From the IMG/VR virus record IMGVR_UViG_3300045988_092366: a DNA stretch of 64,000 bases; one strand, given 5' to 3'. Made by a program: the position numbers and the translations under genes. Every line of letters begins with the position of its first letter. Within the stretch, counting starts at the first letter, position 1. Positions 19,588 to 27,681 of the stretch are shown here, piece after piece. Source of the DNA: a virus. A model generated the notes under the pieces. That model was given only the letters and a program-made list of their open reading frames with translations, had not been told where the DNA came from and did no database searches.

Positions 19588-19589
19588 AA

Positions 19590-20636
19590 TTAAAATGGAT
19601 TAGCATCAGAAATGCAGACTTGTAGACGGTCAAGAGCTTCACCATACATACCAGCGAAATCATCGCCACCATATGTAGAACCGTCATCGCATACAGAGTT
19701 TAGCCAACCTTCACGGTCAACAGTCTGAGAACGATAGTATACTTGCTTGTAGCTTTCACCCTTTGGAGTAATATAGAACATACGAACACCGTCAATCGCA
19801 TGACCACCGATACCAGCACAGCCATTAACAAGGTCATTCTGATTACCTTGTGATACGTAGCCTAGCCAGCCGTCCTGCTGAGTGTGAACCTGATACTTAA
19901 GAGTACCGTGGTCAACCCAAGCACATAGATAATCATGCTTGCCGCAAGGAACGCCAGCAAAACCGTTGGAATCAGAATTATTGAAGTTAGTAATTGTACC
20001 ATTCCAACCACCATTAAGATTGCGCAAAGCATAATGAACATTAACGATAGCCTTGCCGGGGGCTGGCTTATTAGTAGGAGCAGGCGCAGGAGTAGGCTTA
20101 TTTGTAGAAGGAGCAGGAGCAGCTTGTGAACCATTCTTCATCGCATCATACCATTGCTGCGCACGGTTAATATACTCGTCTTTCTGAGAACCATATAGTT
20201 CACCAGGGCACGCCGTAGCAGACCAGTAGCGATGCGGGAAGACATTGACTAGCCACTGAGGACGGCCAAGATTATAATAGAGACAAAGAGCAGCTACAAG
20301 ATGCGCACCAGACTCTAGAGCAGCAGGGAAGACGGTCCAAGGATTGCTGTTGTTGTTAGCGTGCTCAATAGAGATAGTATGCGTATTAGCATACCAATTG
20401 CCGCAAGCCCAAGCAGTATCCCAATCATTGACCATCTGGCCGATTTTGCCATCAGACTGAACCGCATAGTGAGCAGAAGTCTGTGAACGGCTCCACAGAT
20501 TATAGCATTGGTCGATAGAAAGATTACCAGCCATATGGTGAATGGTAATACCAGTAATATTAGCACCTTCACGACCTGCGGTATAGTCGCAAGGCAGAAT
20601 CTTGGTTACATCAGCTTGAATGTTTTTCCAATCCAT
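19590..20636 (-). CDS. endolysin: N-acetylmuramoyl-L-alanine amidase (Amidase_2/PGRP) with Pro-rich linker and C-terminal binding domain
   Basis: ITIHHMAG...AHYAV...ISIEH...ACPG amidase_2 motifs. Linker APAPSTNKPTPAPAPTNKPAPG. SD AAAGGAAAAT. Confidence 0.7.
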   Translation of the reverse strand: MDWKNIQADVTKILPCDYTAGREGANITGITIHHMAGNLSIDQCYNLWSRSQTSAHYAVQSDGKIGQMVNDWDTAWACGNWYANTHTISIEHANNNSNPWTVFPAALESGAHLVAALCLYYNLGRPQWLVNVFPHRYWSATACPGELYGSQKDEYINRAQQWYDAMKNGSQAAPAPSTNKPTPAPAPTNKPAPGKAIVNVHYALRNLNGGWNGTITNFNNSDSNGFAGVPCGKHDYLCAWVDHGTLKYQVHTQQDGWLGYVSQGNQNDLVNGCAGIGGHAIDGVRMFYITPKGESYKQVYYRSQTVDREGWLNSVCDDGSTYGGDDFAGMYGEALDRLQVCISDANPF

Positions 20637-20656
20637 AATTTTCCTTTCTGTTGGAA

Positions 20657-20682
20657 ATAAAAAAGGGAGCCGTTAGGCTCCC
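20657..20682 (-). terminator. intrinsic terminator/attenuator between holin and endolysin
   Basis: On the - strand GGGAGCC-TAAC-GGCTCCC followed by TTTTTT. Confidence 0.55.
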
Positions 20683-20692
20683 TTGTGTAACA

Positions 20693-20983
20693 TTATTTAG
20701 ATTCTTTATCGGAACCGTTGAGAAGATTTTTATAGGCTTCAAAAAGACCTGTACTTGCCAAACCACTACTTAATCCTGCAACTACAACATCAACAGTAAT
20801 TGGAACACCTGTTGTGACCGCAGTAAAGATTGTGGCGGCAACGCCAAGCACACCTACGATAAGAGGAATAAAACGGTTAATAGAATCATTTGGAATCAAG
20901 TTCTTAATAATGTAGCCGACCAAAAGACATAGAATAACTACACTAGGAACGAGATAGGTAGAGATAGTTGATAAATCAAACAT
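20693..20983 (-). CDS. holin (LL-H/Dp-1-like, two TM segments)
   Basis: 96 aa, two hydrophobic helices, charged C-terminus; directly upstream of the endolysin. Confidence 0.6.
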   Translation of the reverse strand: MFDLSTISTYLVPSVVILCLLVGYIIKNLIPNDSINRFIPLIVGVLGVAATIFTAVTTGVPITVDVVVAGLSSGLASTGLFEAYKNLLNGSDKESK

Positions 20984-20994
20984 TGTTAAATCTC

Positions 20995-21171
20995 CTATTC
21001 AGATTTATAATTCTTGAATTCCTCAAGAATTTCATCAGCTTGAGCCTGAGATAGCTTAGGATAACTATTTAGAATATCATCAAGAGTTTCGCCACGGTCT
21101 AGACGAATCTTAACGGCTTTCTTAACGATTTTAAAAGCGAGTGCGGAAACACCTTTAGTGGGACGTGCCAT
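20995..21171 (-). CDS. XkdX-like small protein, copy A (58 aa; hand-called)
   Basis: MARPTKGVSALAFKIVKKAVKIRLDRGETLDDILNSYPKLSQAQADEILEEFKNYKSE. ATG overlaps the upstream stop (TAATG). Confidence 0.45.
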   Translation of the reverse strand: MARPTKGVSALAFKIVKKAVKIRLDRGETLDDILNSYPKLSQAQADEILEEFKNYKSE

Positions 21172-21326
21172 TATTCATCACTTCCTGATACAATCTCAGA
21201 AACAAGTTCGTTAAGGTCATCAATATCAGATTCCATCTGGATAAAACGATTAACGACAAATTTCTTAACAGTGCCGATAATGGTAATTAGCAATGCACAA
21301 GCAATTACACCTAGAATAAAGTCCAT
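21171..21326 (-). CDS. hypothetical small membrane protein ending ...VSGSDE (51 aa; hand-called)
   Basis: MDFILGVIACALLITIIGTV... The C-terminus SEIVSGSDE repeats the C-terminus SEIVAGSDE of ORF 21490-22011. Confidence 0.35.
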   Translation of the reverse strand: MDFILGVIACALLITIIGTVKKFVVNRFIQMESDIDDLNELVSEIVSGSDE

Positions 21327-21328
21327 AA

Positions 21329-21490
21329 TTACTCACTTTCTTTTGGAGTATAGAATTCACGAAGTTCGACAGTCTGTTCCGCAGACAGTTTAGGATAGCT
21401 GGCGAGAATATCTTCCAGTTCTTCACCACGCTCAAGACGGATTTGTACTGCACTTTTAACGATTTTAAAGGCCATTTTAGATACTGCCAT
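21329..21490 (-). CDS. XkdX-like small protein, copy B (53 aa; hand-called)
   Basis: MAVSKMAFKIVKSAVQIRLERGEELEDILASYPKLSAEQTVELREFYTPKESE; paralogue of copy A; same TAATG overlap. Confidence 0.45.
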   Translation of the reverse strand: MAVSKMAFKIVKSAVQIRLERGEELEDILASYPKLSAEQTVELREFYTPKESE

Positions 21491-22011
21491 TATTCATCAC
21501 TTCCTGCAACGATTTCAGACAACATAATAGTTAAATCACCGATAGATGTAGTATTAGATTCAAGCTGGTCAGGGCCATTTTCCATAAATGCAGCCTGCTT
21601 TGCCTGTTTCTCTTCCATTTCCTTACGTTCTTTAAGCTCGGCTTCGGTATATAGAACGTAACGTTGAATATCTTCATATTCATCATATGCGTCTTTGTGT
21701 TCTACATGCTCGTGGTCGATTACAGATTTAATGTCTGCACCGTGATAAACATTACCTTCACCTTTGTCTATGTATTCAAAGACGCCAGCTTGGTCATCAA
21801 TAACCTTTACGTGCGGGTCTTCGTTGGTTTCGATAAGCATTTGCGAGCCATCTTCAAAGACAAAACGTTCAACTTCATAATGTTTTTTCTCTGGAATTTC
21901 AAGTTGCTCATCGTGATGCATGACAAATTTCTTATCAGGCTTTAAATAGCCTTTCATTGTATCAACGTCAGATTCTTTAATCTCAACGTCTTCTTCGTTT
22001 AAAATCTTCAT
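21490..22011 (-). CDS. hypothetical acidic protein
   Basis: 173 aa, very acidic. Confidence 0.35.
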   Translation of the reverse strand: MKILNEEDVEIKESDVDTMKGYLKPDKKFVMHHDEQLEIPEKKHYEVERFVFEDGSQMLIETNEDPHVKVIDDQAGVFEYIDKGEGNVYHGADIKSVIDHEHVEHKDAYDEYEDIQRYVLYTEAELKERKEMEEKQAKQAAFMENGPDQLESNTTSIGDLTIMLSEIVAGSDE

Positions 22012-22037
22012 TTATACTCCTTTTATTTCTTAAAAAA

Positions 22038-23024
22038 TTAACCTTTATTGATATAAATGGCTTTAATTTTAGCCCCGGCAGGAATGTTTACATAGGCTAT
22101 TGGTTGCGCATACGTAGAAATTGCAGCAGCTGATGACCAAGTAGAAGCTCTTGAATTATCTGCATTATAAGTCCTTGCCCTTACACGAGCATTACTATTA
22201 TGTTTTAATCCCATAATAAAAGAATTAAGAGATGAATTAGAAGAGCTATGATTAACAACGGTTCCTTCATTTGCCTGTACAGTAGACCAAGATAAACCTT
22301 TATCTGTAGAATATTGCCATTCGTTCTTTTTTGAAGGATAATTTGTATTATTGTTATCAATTGTAAAACCAACATTACCGGCTGTTGGCAGAATTGTAGC
22401 GTTTGCATTAACAATAGAGGGTGCAGGTGGCTCAGTATAAATAGTGTTTGTAGTTTGATGCGCTGACTGCCCAGCAGAGTTATATGAATTAATTCTAAAT
22501 TGGTACCTATGATTAGCAGAGACAGTATATGTCGTGCTGGTAGCTTTTGTATTTAAAATATTTTTCCAGTCATCATTATCAATTTTCACGTCTACGTAAT
22601 TACCTGTTGGATTGCTTGTACCAGAACCATTATTTGTCCAAGAGATAGTAACTGTTGAACCAGATAATACAGCTTTTTGATTAGTTACTATAGGAGGGGT
22701 TGTGACAGATGGAGGTGTTGCAGGAACATATACATTTCCAGAACCTTCTGTAGCTCCAAAAGAACCAATAGCGCCACCGCCGCCCTTAAACCAAAGTGTC
22801 CTTGCAGACGTACTATTGCCAACAGAAAAACTAAAAGTTCTTGATATACTTTGACCATATGGAATGGCAACTCCTGAAACAGACTGTCTAGAACATCCTT
22901 GTACTTCTGCCCAAAAAGTGACGCCGCCAGCGTCCCAAGTTATGCCATTGTTATTCATAGTTACTACTACCGTTACGGTATTTTGATTAGCGCTAGCAGA
23001 AGCACTATAATAAGAATAGCCCAT
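22038..23024 (-). CDS. structural protein with fibronectin-type-III-like repeats (putative tail or carbohydrate-binding protein)
   Basis: Two segments TISWTNNGSG...YQFRINSYNSAGQSA typical of FN3. Ser/Thr/Asn-rich. Confidence 0.4.
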   Translation of the reverse strand: MGYSYYSASASANQNTVTVVVTMNNNGITWDAGGVTFWAEVQGCSRQSVSGVAIPYGQSISRTFSFSVGNSTSARTLWFKGGGGAIGSFGATEGSGNVYVPATPPSVTTPPIVTNQKAVLSGSTVTISWTNNGSGTSNPTGNYVDVKIDNDDWKNILNTKATSTTYTVSANHRYQFRINSYNSAGQSAHQTTNTIYTEPPAPSIVNANATILPTAGNVGFTIDNNNTNYPSKKNEWQYSTDKGLSWSTVQANEGTVVNHSSSNSSLNSFIMGLKHNSNARVRARTYNADNSRASTWSSAAAISTYAQPIAYVNIPAGAKIKAIYINKG

Positions 23025-23115
23025 TCAATTCCTCCTTTCCTTTTAAATCGTATTTTACTAATTATACATAAAAAATGGGTAGAACTATTTACATAATTCT
23101 GCCCAAAAATTTAAG

Positions 23116-23409
23116 CTACTTGTACATATCAATTAATGTCTTGACATGTGCCGCACCGTCAATTAGTTTTTTGTTTTGCCAATCAAATAGATTCTGCACT
23201 ATATCAGTTTGTTCTCCAAGAGATTCATAAACCTTGAGTAAATGTGAATGTAATATCTGTATGTGAGAATACTCTTGCTTAGACAAATCATTATACATAC
23301 TAGACAGTTGCGGCGAATCGTCTTTCAATGACAGCGCTAGCTCCGCATACTCCTTTGCACCGCATATTTCATCATCGACTTGGTCAAGTAGCGTTTTAAA
23401 AATTTCCAT
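23116..23409 (-). CDS. hypothetical protein
   Basis: 97-aa ORF; its stop overlaps the start of the downstream gene. Confidence 0.3.
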   Translation of the reverse strand: MEIFKTLLDQVDDEICGAKEYAELALSLKDDSPQLSSMYNDLSKQEYSHIQILHSHLLKVYESLGEQTDIVQNLFDWQNKKLIDGAAHVKTLIDMYK

Positions 23410-23816
23410 TACGCAATCTTTACCACAATAATGTTGGCAATACGGACACTCGTAGCACTTAACGCCTTAACGTTAATTGTTGCTTGCGGAGCATTGCAAG
23501 GAACCGTGACAAGTGCGGAAAACGCCTGAGACACAAGATTACTTGCTGCGGCACCTGTGTCGATAGCATGTGCCGCTGGAAGAGCGTTGCCGTTGCGATA
23601 CATTTGTGTTTCTATTGGTCCTGCTTCTGTTGCGGCAAATGTGAAATTCGCCATAATCTGATAAAGACCGCTATTGTTAATAGTGATGTTCTTACCATCG
23701 CACGAGACGCACTTATTGGATACTGTTGAGTTAGGTACTGGAATGGTGTCGCCAGCAGCTAGCGTAATTGCAGTAGCACTATCATAAGTGAATCTGCCTA
23801 CTGTTTTGATGCCCAT
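23409..23816 (-). CDS. BclA-C-terminal-domain-like (C1q/TNF-like jelly roll) protein
   Basis: Pattern ...LYQIMANFTF...ALVTVPCNAPQATINVKALSATSVRIANIIVVKIA resembles exosporium BclA CTD, including the terminal IxxVA. Confidence 0.35.
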   Translation of the reverse strand: MGIKTVGRFTYDSATAITLAAGDTIPVPNSTVSNKCVSCDGKNITINNSGLYQIMANFTFAATEAGPIETQMYRNGNALPAAHAIDTGAAASNLVSQAFSALVTVPCNAPQATINVKALSATSVRIANIIVVKIA

Positions 23817-23841
23817 AATAAACTCCTAAAGATAGATAGGA

Positions 23842-24462
23842 TTAAAAAGTAGCTCCATTGCAGCCACAGCCACAAGGAGTAGCGAAGTTAGGCACTACGC
23901 CATAGCCATAAGGGGAAATACGAGGTACGCCGCAGAACATATTCTGGGTTTTAAGCTCGGAAACTTGAGCCTGTAGAGACTCAATCTTATCCTGTGCAAG
24001 AGCATCTAGAATCTTTTGGGTCTGTGCGGTGGTGTTCTCGTTAATAGAAGCGGTGTTCATTGCAGCACTGTATTTAAGGTCTGCCGTGGCCTGCTTATTT
24101 TCGCAGCAACAATTCGCTAGCTGGCTAGAAAGCGCATAGTTACCATCTTTGATAGCATCCTGAGTAGATGCAAAGTTGCGTAGATTCTCATAGCCAACAG
24201 ATGCTAGACCTTGTGAAGTCTGCATGAACTGTGTCTGCATTAGGTCAGACAGACGGCCAACGCTATTTTCAAGGTTATTAAAATTCATAGCGCTGCAAAG
24301 ACCTGCTTCGGTAACAGGCTGTTCAGTTGTGGTGTTACGATTCCAGCCATTACCATACATAAATAGGAAAAGGACAATAATCCAAATCCAGCCACCGGCA
24401 CCGCCCCAATTGTCGTTGTCTTTAGTGACTGCCGCAATATCGGATAGAGACATATTTTCCAT
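23842..24462 (-). CDS. hypothetical membrane-anchored protein
   Basis: N-terminal TM WGGAGGWIWIIVLFLFMYG; C-terminal Cys cluster CGCGCNG. Confidence 0.3.
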   Translation of the reverse strand: MENMSLSDIAAVTKDNDNWGGAGGWIWIIVLFLFMYGNGWNRNTTTEQPVTEAGLCSAMNFNNLENSVGRLSDLMQTQFMQTSQGLASVGYENLRNFASTQDAIKDGNYALSSQLANCCCENKQATADLKYSAAMNTASINENTTAQTQKILDALAQDKIESLQAQVSELKTQNMFCGVPRISPYGYGVVPNFATPCGCGCNGATF

Positions 24463-24524
24463 AATAATCTTCTTTCTATCGTGGTATATAGAAATATTTT
24501 ATCCTGTGCGCACAAGGGGATAAA

Positions 24525-24734
24525 CTAATTGAAGAATTTGGCTATATTCATAGCCTGTTGTTTAAGTGTTTCAAATTGCTGTTGAGACATTTGCCCAGAA
24601 GAGATAAGAGATTGAACCTTCTCTTGGGCTTGTTGAGGTGTGATGTTACTACTTTTAATGAAGTCCAACAACTCGGTCATTGGGTTGTTTTGCGGCGTTT
24701 GTGTTTGCTGCAATGTTTGAAATAATTGATTCAT
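24525..24734 (-). CDS. hypothetical Gln-rich protein
   Basis: Internal ATG (MNQLFQ...) with SD AAGGAG. The track ORF extends to 24761. Confidence 0.3.
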   Translation of the reverse strand: MNQLFQTLQQTQTPQNNPMTELLDFIKSSNITPQQAQEKVQSLISSGQMSQQQFETLKQQAMNIAKFFN

Positions 24735-25038
24735 ACTGCTCCTTCCATTTGTTGAATTCATCTTTTGTTATATAGTTATCCGCAGTTTGCGGCTCAACTT
24801 TTTTGAAGGAGTATTCTGAAATAGTAGATATACCATTCATATCAGTTTCTTTCAAATAAAAAATATCCTTATTTGAATCCATAAGCAGCGCTTTTGTTCC
24901 GCGAGGAACGGCACAGCTTTCCGCTTCTTGACGATTAGACACAAATCTAACCCCTTGAATTTGGTTTGCTGGTGGGTACGCGCTATTCTGCATAGGCATA
25001 TATGGCGCATATGGATTAAAATAAGGATATTCGTTCAT
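24655..25038 (-). CDS. hypothetical protein (3' end overlaps the next gene in another frame)
   Basis: 127-aa ORF with Pro/Tyr-rich N-terminus. Confidence 0.3.
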   Translation of the reverse strand: MNEYPYFNPYAPYMPMQNSAYPPANQIQGVRFVSNRQEAESCAVPRGTKALLMDSNKDIFYLKETDMNGISTISEYSFKKVEPQTADNYITKDEFNKWKEQYESIISNIAANTNAAKQPNDRVVGLH

Positions 25039-25224
25039 GGTGTTCTCCTTAGCGATATGCAGTGATACATATATATAAAAGAAGATATGGTAAGAGTTAA
25101 TCTATTTTATTATATGGAATCTGATTTAACTTCATTACCATATCTTCGTAGTGTCTTTAAGATTTTTCTCTCTATTGTACCTAAAAATTAGAGGGTAAAA
25201 ATTATAATACTTTGCCCAATAATT

Positions 25225-26337
25225 TTAAATTTTTATCCACAACTTACATCTTGAATCTGTTGGCTGAGTAGATGAAACTTGAACTGAATATTCAGTGTTT
25301 GCACTTCCAGCAGTAGTGGCATATTTAACTGATTGAGAACCAATATCAGCTGATGTAATACATTGACCGTAATATGAATCGTCTGAGTTGTATAGAGAAA
25401 CATTGGGAGTGCCGTTTAAACCTTTAATGCAAAAGGCACCACCCTTATTATGGTCGCCAATAGCTGCATCATCGCCAACGACATACCAAGTATTGTTTGC
25501 GAAATACGGTTCTAGCTTAGAAGGAAAATCACTGATTTGAGCTCTAGTATGCGTGTGACTGGCTGCGGCTGCACCAAGTTCAGATAAGGTAGGTTTATCG
25601 TCACTTGTATAAACTTTATACCAGCTATTCCAAGAAGAAGCAGATAAGTCTGAACCACGTAAAGCCAAACGTGGATGTCCTTCGCTTGCGTATCCAAAAG
25701 CAAGTTGATAACCATGACCGCCAGAAGTTTCACTCCAAGGAGCTAAAGATAAAACGCCACAAAAAGTTCCATTACATCCAATAGGAGAATTAATTTTACT
25801 TGCAGTCTTAAAATCAACAGTCAATTTATTTTTATCGAATCCAGCGTCTTTTGGCGCAGGATTCTCATTTCTTGTATCTGCAACATCAACACCGTCAGTA
25901 GAACTAGATTTTGTAGCAGTATTTGCCACGTTAGCGCTGTTAGCGGTATTAGCTGTTTTAGCTGAATTAGCAGTATTGGCTGTGTTTGCGGAATCAGCTG
26001 TTGTAGCAGTATTAGCTGTATTTGCACTTCCTGCTGAATCAGCATATCCCGCAGACATTTTTTCCCACGTGCTAGAACCTAACGCTCTTTTATATAAATA
26101 AGAGACTGCTCCATCTGGAATAGCAATTTGAAATGGAGTGCCAATATCTGCATCGGTGAACACACTTGCCCATCGATTAACGGGAGAAGACGCATTGCCA
26201 CCAGTTGACGGCACTCCCCTAACAACATAATAACCAGTTTTGGTATGATTATCTAGATTCGTATCAGTTGTTACTGTTTCTGTCAACAGCGGTATTTTAG
26301 AAAATTCACTACCATCAGAAAGATAAAGTTCAGCCAT
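25225..26337 (-). CDS. tail fibre / receptor-binding protein paralogue A (C-terminus ...TDSRCKLWIKI)
   Basis: Repeats ANTANTAN. N-terminus MAELYLSDGSEF resembles paralogue D. ATG has no recognisable SD. Confidence 0.55.
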   Translation of the reverse strand: MAELYLSDGSEFSKIPLLTETVTTDTNLDNHTKTGYYVVRGVPSTGGNASSPVNRWASVFTDADIGTPFQIAIPDGAVSYLYKRALGSSTWEKMSAGYADSAGSANTANTATTADSANTANTANSAKTANTANSANVANTATKSSSTDGVDVADTRNENPAPKDAGFDKNKLTVDFKTASKINSPIGCNGTFCGVLSLAPWSETSGGHGYQLAFGYASEGHPRLALRGSDLSASSWNSWYKVYTSDDKPTLSELGAAAASHTHTRAQISDFPSKLEPYFANNTWYVVGDDAAIGDHNKGGAFCIKGLNGTPNVSLYNSDDSYYGQCITSADIGSQSVKYATTAGSANTEYSVQVSSTQPTDSRCKLWIKI

Positions 26338-26366
26338 TTAAATCAATCAAACTAGTTGACGTGGGC

Positions 26367-26399
26367 TTAAAGCCCCCCCCAAGAAGTGTAAGTTTGCAT
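26367..26399 (-). CDS. upstream mini-ORF a containing a G8 tract (MQTYTSWGGL*)
   Basis: SD GAAAGGA with 7-nt spacing. G tract read as TGG GGG GGG. With G10 its stop would become TGA overlapping codons 2-3 of fibre A (ATGGCTGA). Confidence 0.3.
   Translation of the reverse strand: MQTYTSWGGL
26373..26380. repeat. homopolymeric tract C8 (+) / G8 (-)
   Basis: Preceded on + by the hairpin GGGCTT/AAGCCC. Lies between fibres B and A. Confidence 0.9.
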
Positions 26400-26416
26400 A
26401 AAAATTCCTTTCAATC

Positions 26417-27613
26417 TTAAATTTTAATCCATATCTTACATGTATCGCTAGTAGGCTTTGTGCTAGATATGGTTATAATATCGCTCGCTGCCTTGGCATT
26501 GAGCTTTGTGTTCATTTCACTTTCAGTATAGTAGCGGTCATCGTGAGAATGGCTAGAGTTGGCTTTACCGTTTAGTTTGGTATTAACTTCACTTTCAGTG
26601 TAATATCTATCATCGTGAGTGTGACTTGGAAGGTCAGCTGCCACAAGTTTTCTAAACGATGCTTTTCCGTTGGAACCACTTGGAGCAGCTAATATAGTAT
26701 TAGCGGTTCTATCTGTTTGAGCACTATAAATATATGAACCCCAGTCACTAACATCTGTCATTTTGTGAGTGTGACCTGATGGAGAAAACGTTGAAGGTTT
26801 ACCACTAACATTACCCCATGAGACACTATTGGCAGAACCAGCACTGCTAGCATATGCAACTTTACCAATATCATAACCAGTAGCTTGTGCAGTGTATGCC
26901 CTTGTATCCATTGCAGCTCGGGGTTCATCGTTCATTAGCTGCCAAGAAGAGCCGTTACCACCACGAGTGCTGTTTGCTAAAATTCGGATATTACACGAAT
27001 TATATGTACCAGTAGCATGAAAATATAAATCAGCATATCCAACAGTTGATTTAGCAGAATGTATTTTTAAAATAAATTGGTCTGGTTCATATCCATATCT
27101 ACAAAGCCATTGAACAGTTCCATGAGTAGCCACAGCGCTTTCAGATACATTCTCATTGCGGAAACGGACTGCTAGAATGCCAAATCCACCATTTTCGTAA
27201 CCAGAATCTACACACAATACAACGCTACCATCGAACCAATTTTGCGCTGATTCTATTTTCAAACAACGCCAATATGGTTTAGCAGCGCTAGATTGAGTAA
27301 CATATCTTACAGTGCCATTTAGAGATTTTGTATAATTGGCAGTTCCAGAAATATTACATGTTACAACATTTCCTTCTGGATTATATTTAAAATTATCATT
27401 ATGGACTCTGTGAGTGTCATTGCCACTATCTGAAAACCAAATTGGCCTTAATGCATTTGCTGTCGCATTACCATAATTTTTTACAGCATTAGCAGCACCT
27501 CCTGCGGAATCTGCACCCGCATAATTATGGCTATGACTAGCAGCTGCTGCTCCCACCATGTCTGGAGTCCACTCTTTAAAAGACCCACCGCTAGGATAAT
27601 ATGCTTTAGCCAA
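26417..27613 (-). CDS. tail fibre / receptor-binding protein paralogue B (C-terminus ...TSDTCKIWIKI)
   Basis: HTHDDRYYTESE(V/M)NTKLN HxH fibre repeats; TTG start without SD. Confidence 0.55.
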   Translation of the reverse strand: MAKAYYPSGGSFKEWTPDMVGAAAASHSHNYAGADSAGGAANAVKNYGNATANALRPIWFSDSGNDTHRVHNDNFKYNPEGNVVTCNISGTANYTKSLNGTVRYVTQSSAAKPYWRCLKIESAQNWFDGSVVLCVDSGYENGGFGILAVRFRNENVSESAVATHGTVQWLCRYGYEPDQFILKIHSAKSTVGYADLYFHATGTYNSCNIRILANSTRGGNGSSWQLMNDEPRAAMDTRAYTAQATGYDIGKVAYASSAGSANSVSWGNVSGKPSTFSPSGHTHKMTDVSDWGSYIYSAQTDRTANTILAAPSGSNGKASFRKLVAADLPSHTHDDRYYTESEVNTKLNGKANSSHSHDDRYYTESEMNTKLNAKAASDIITISSTKPTSDTCKIWIKI

Positions 27614-27674
27614 TTACATCGCCCCCCCCCCAGCAGACCTCACTAAAGGTGCGCTGTGTTAAAATATTCTTCAT
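27606..27674 (-). CDS. upstream mini-ORF b containing a G10 tract (MKNILTQRTFSEVCWGGGDVIG*)
   Basis: Stop TAA overlaps codons 2-3 of fibre B (TTGGCTAA). Confidence 0.3.
   Translation of the reverse strand: MKNILTQRTFSEVCWGGGDVIG
27622..27631. repeat. homopolymeric tract C10 (+) / G10 (-)
   Basis: Read directly; lies between fibres C and B. Confidence 0.9.
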
Positions 27675-27681
27675 ATTATCA

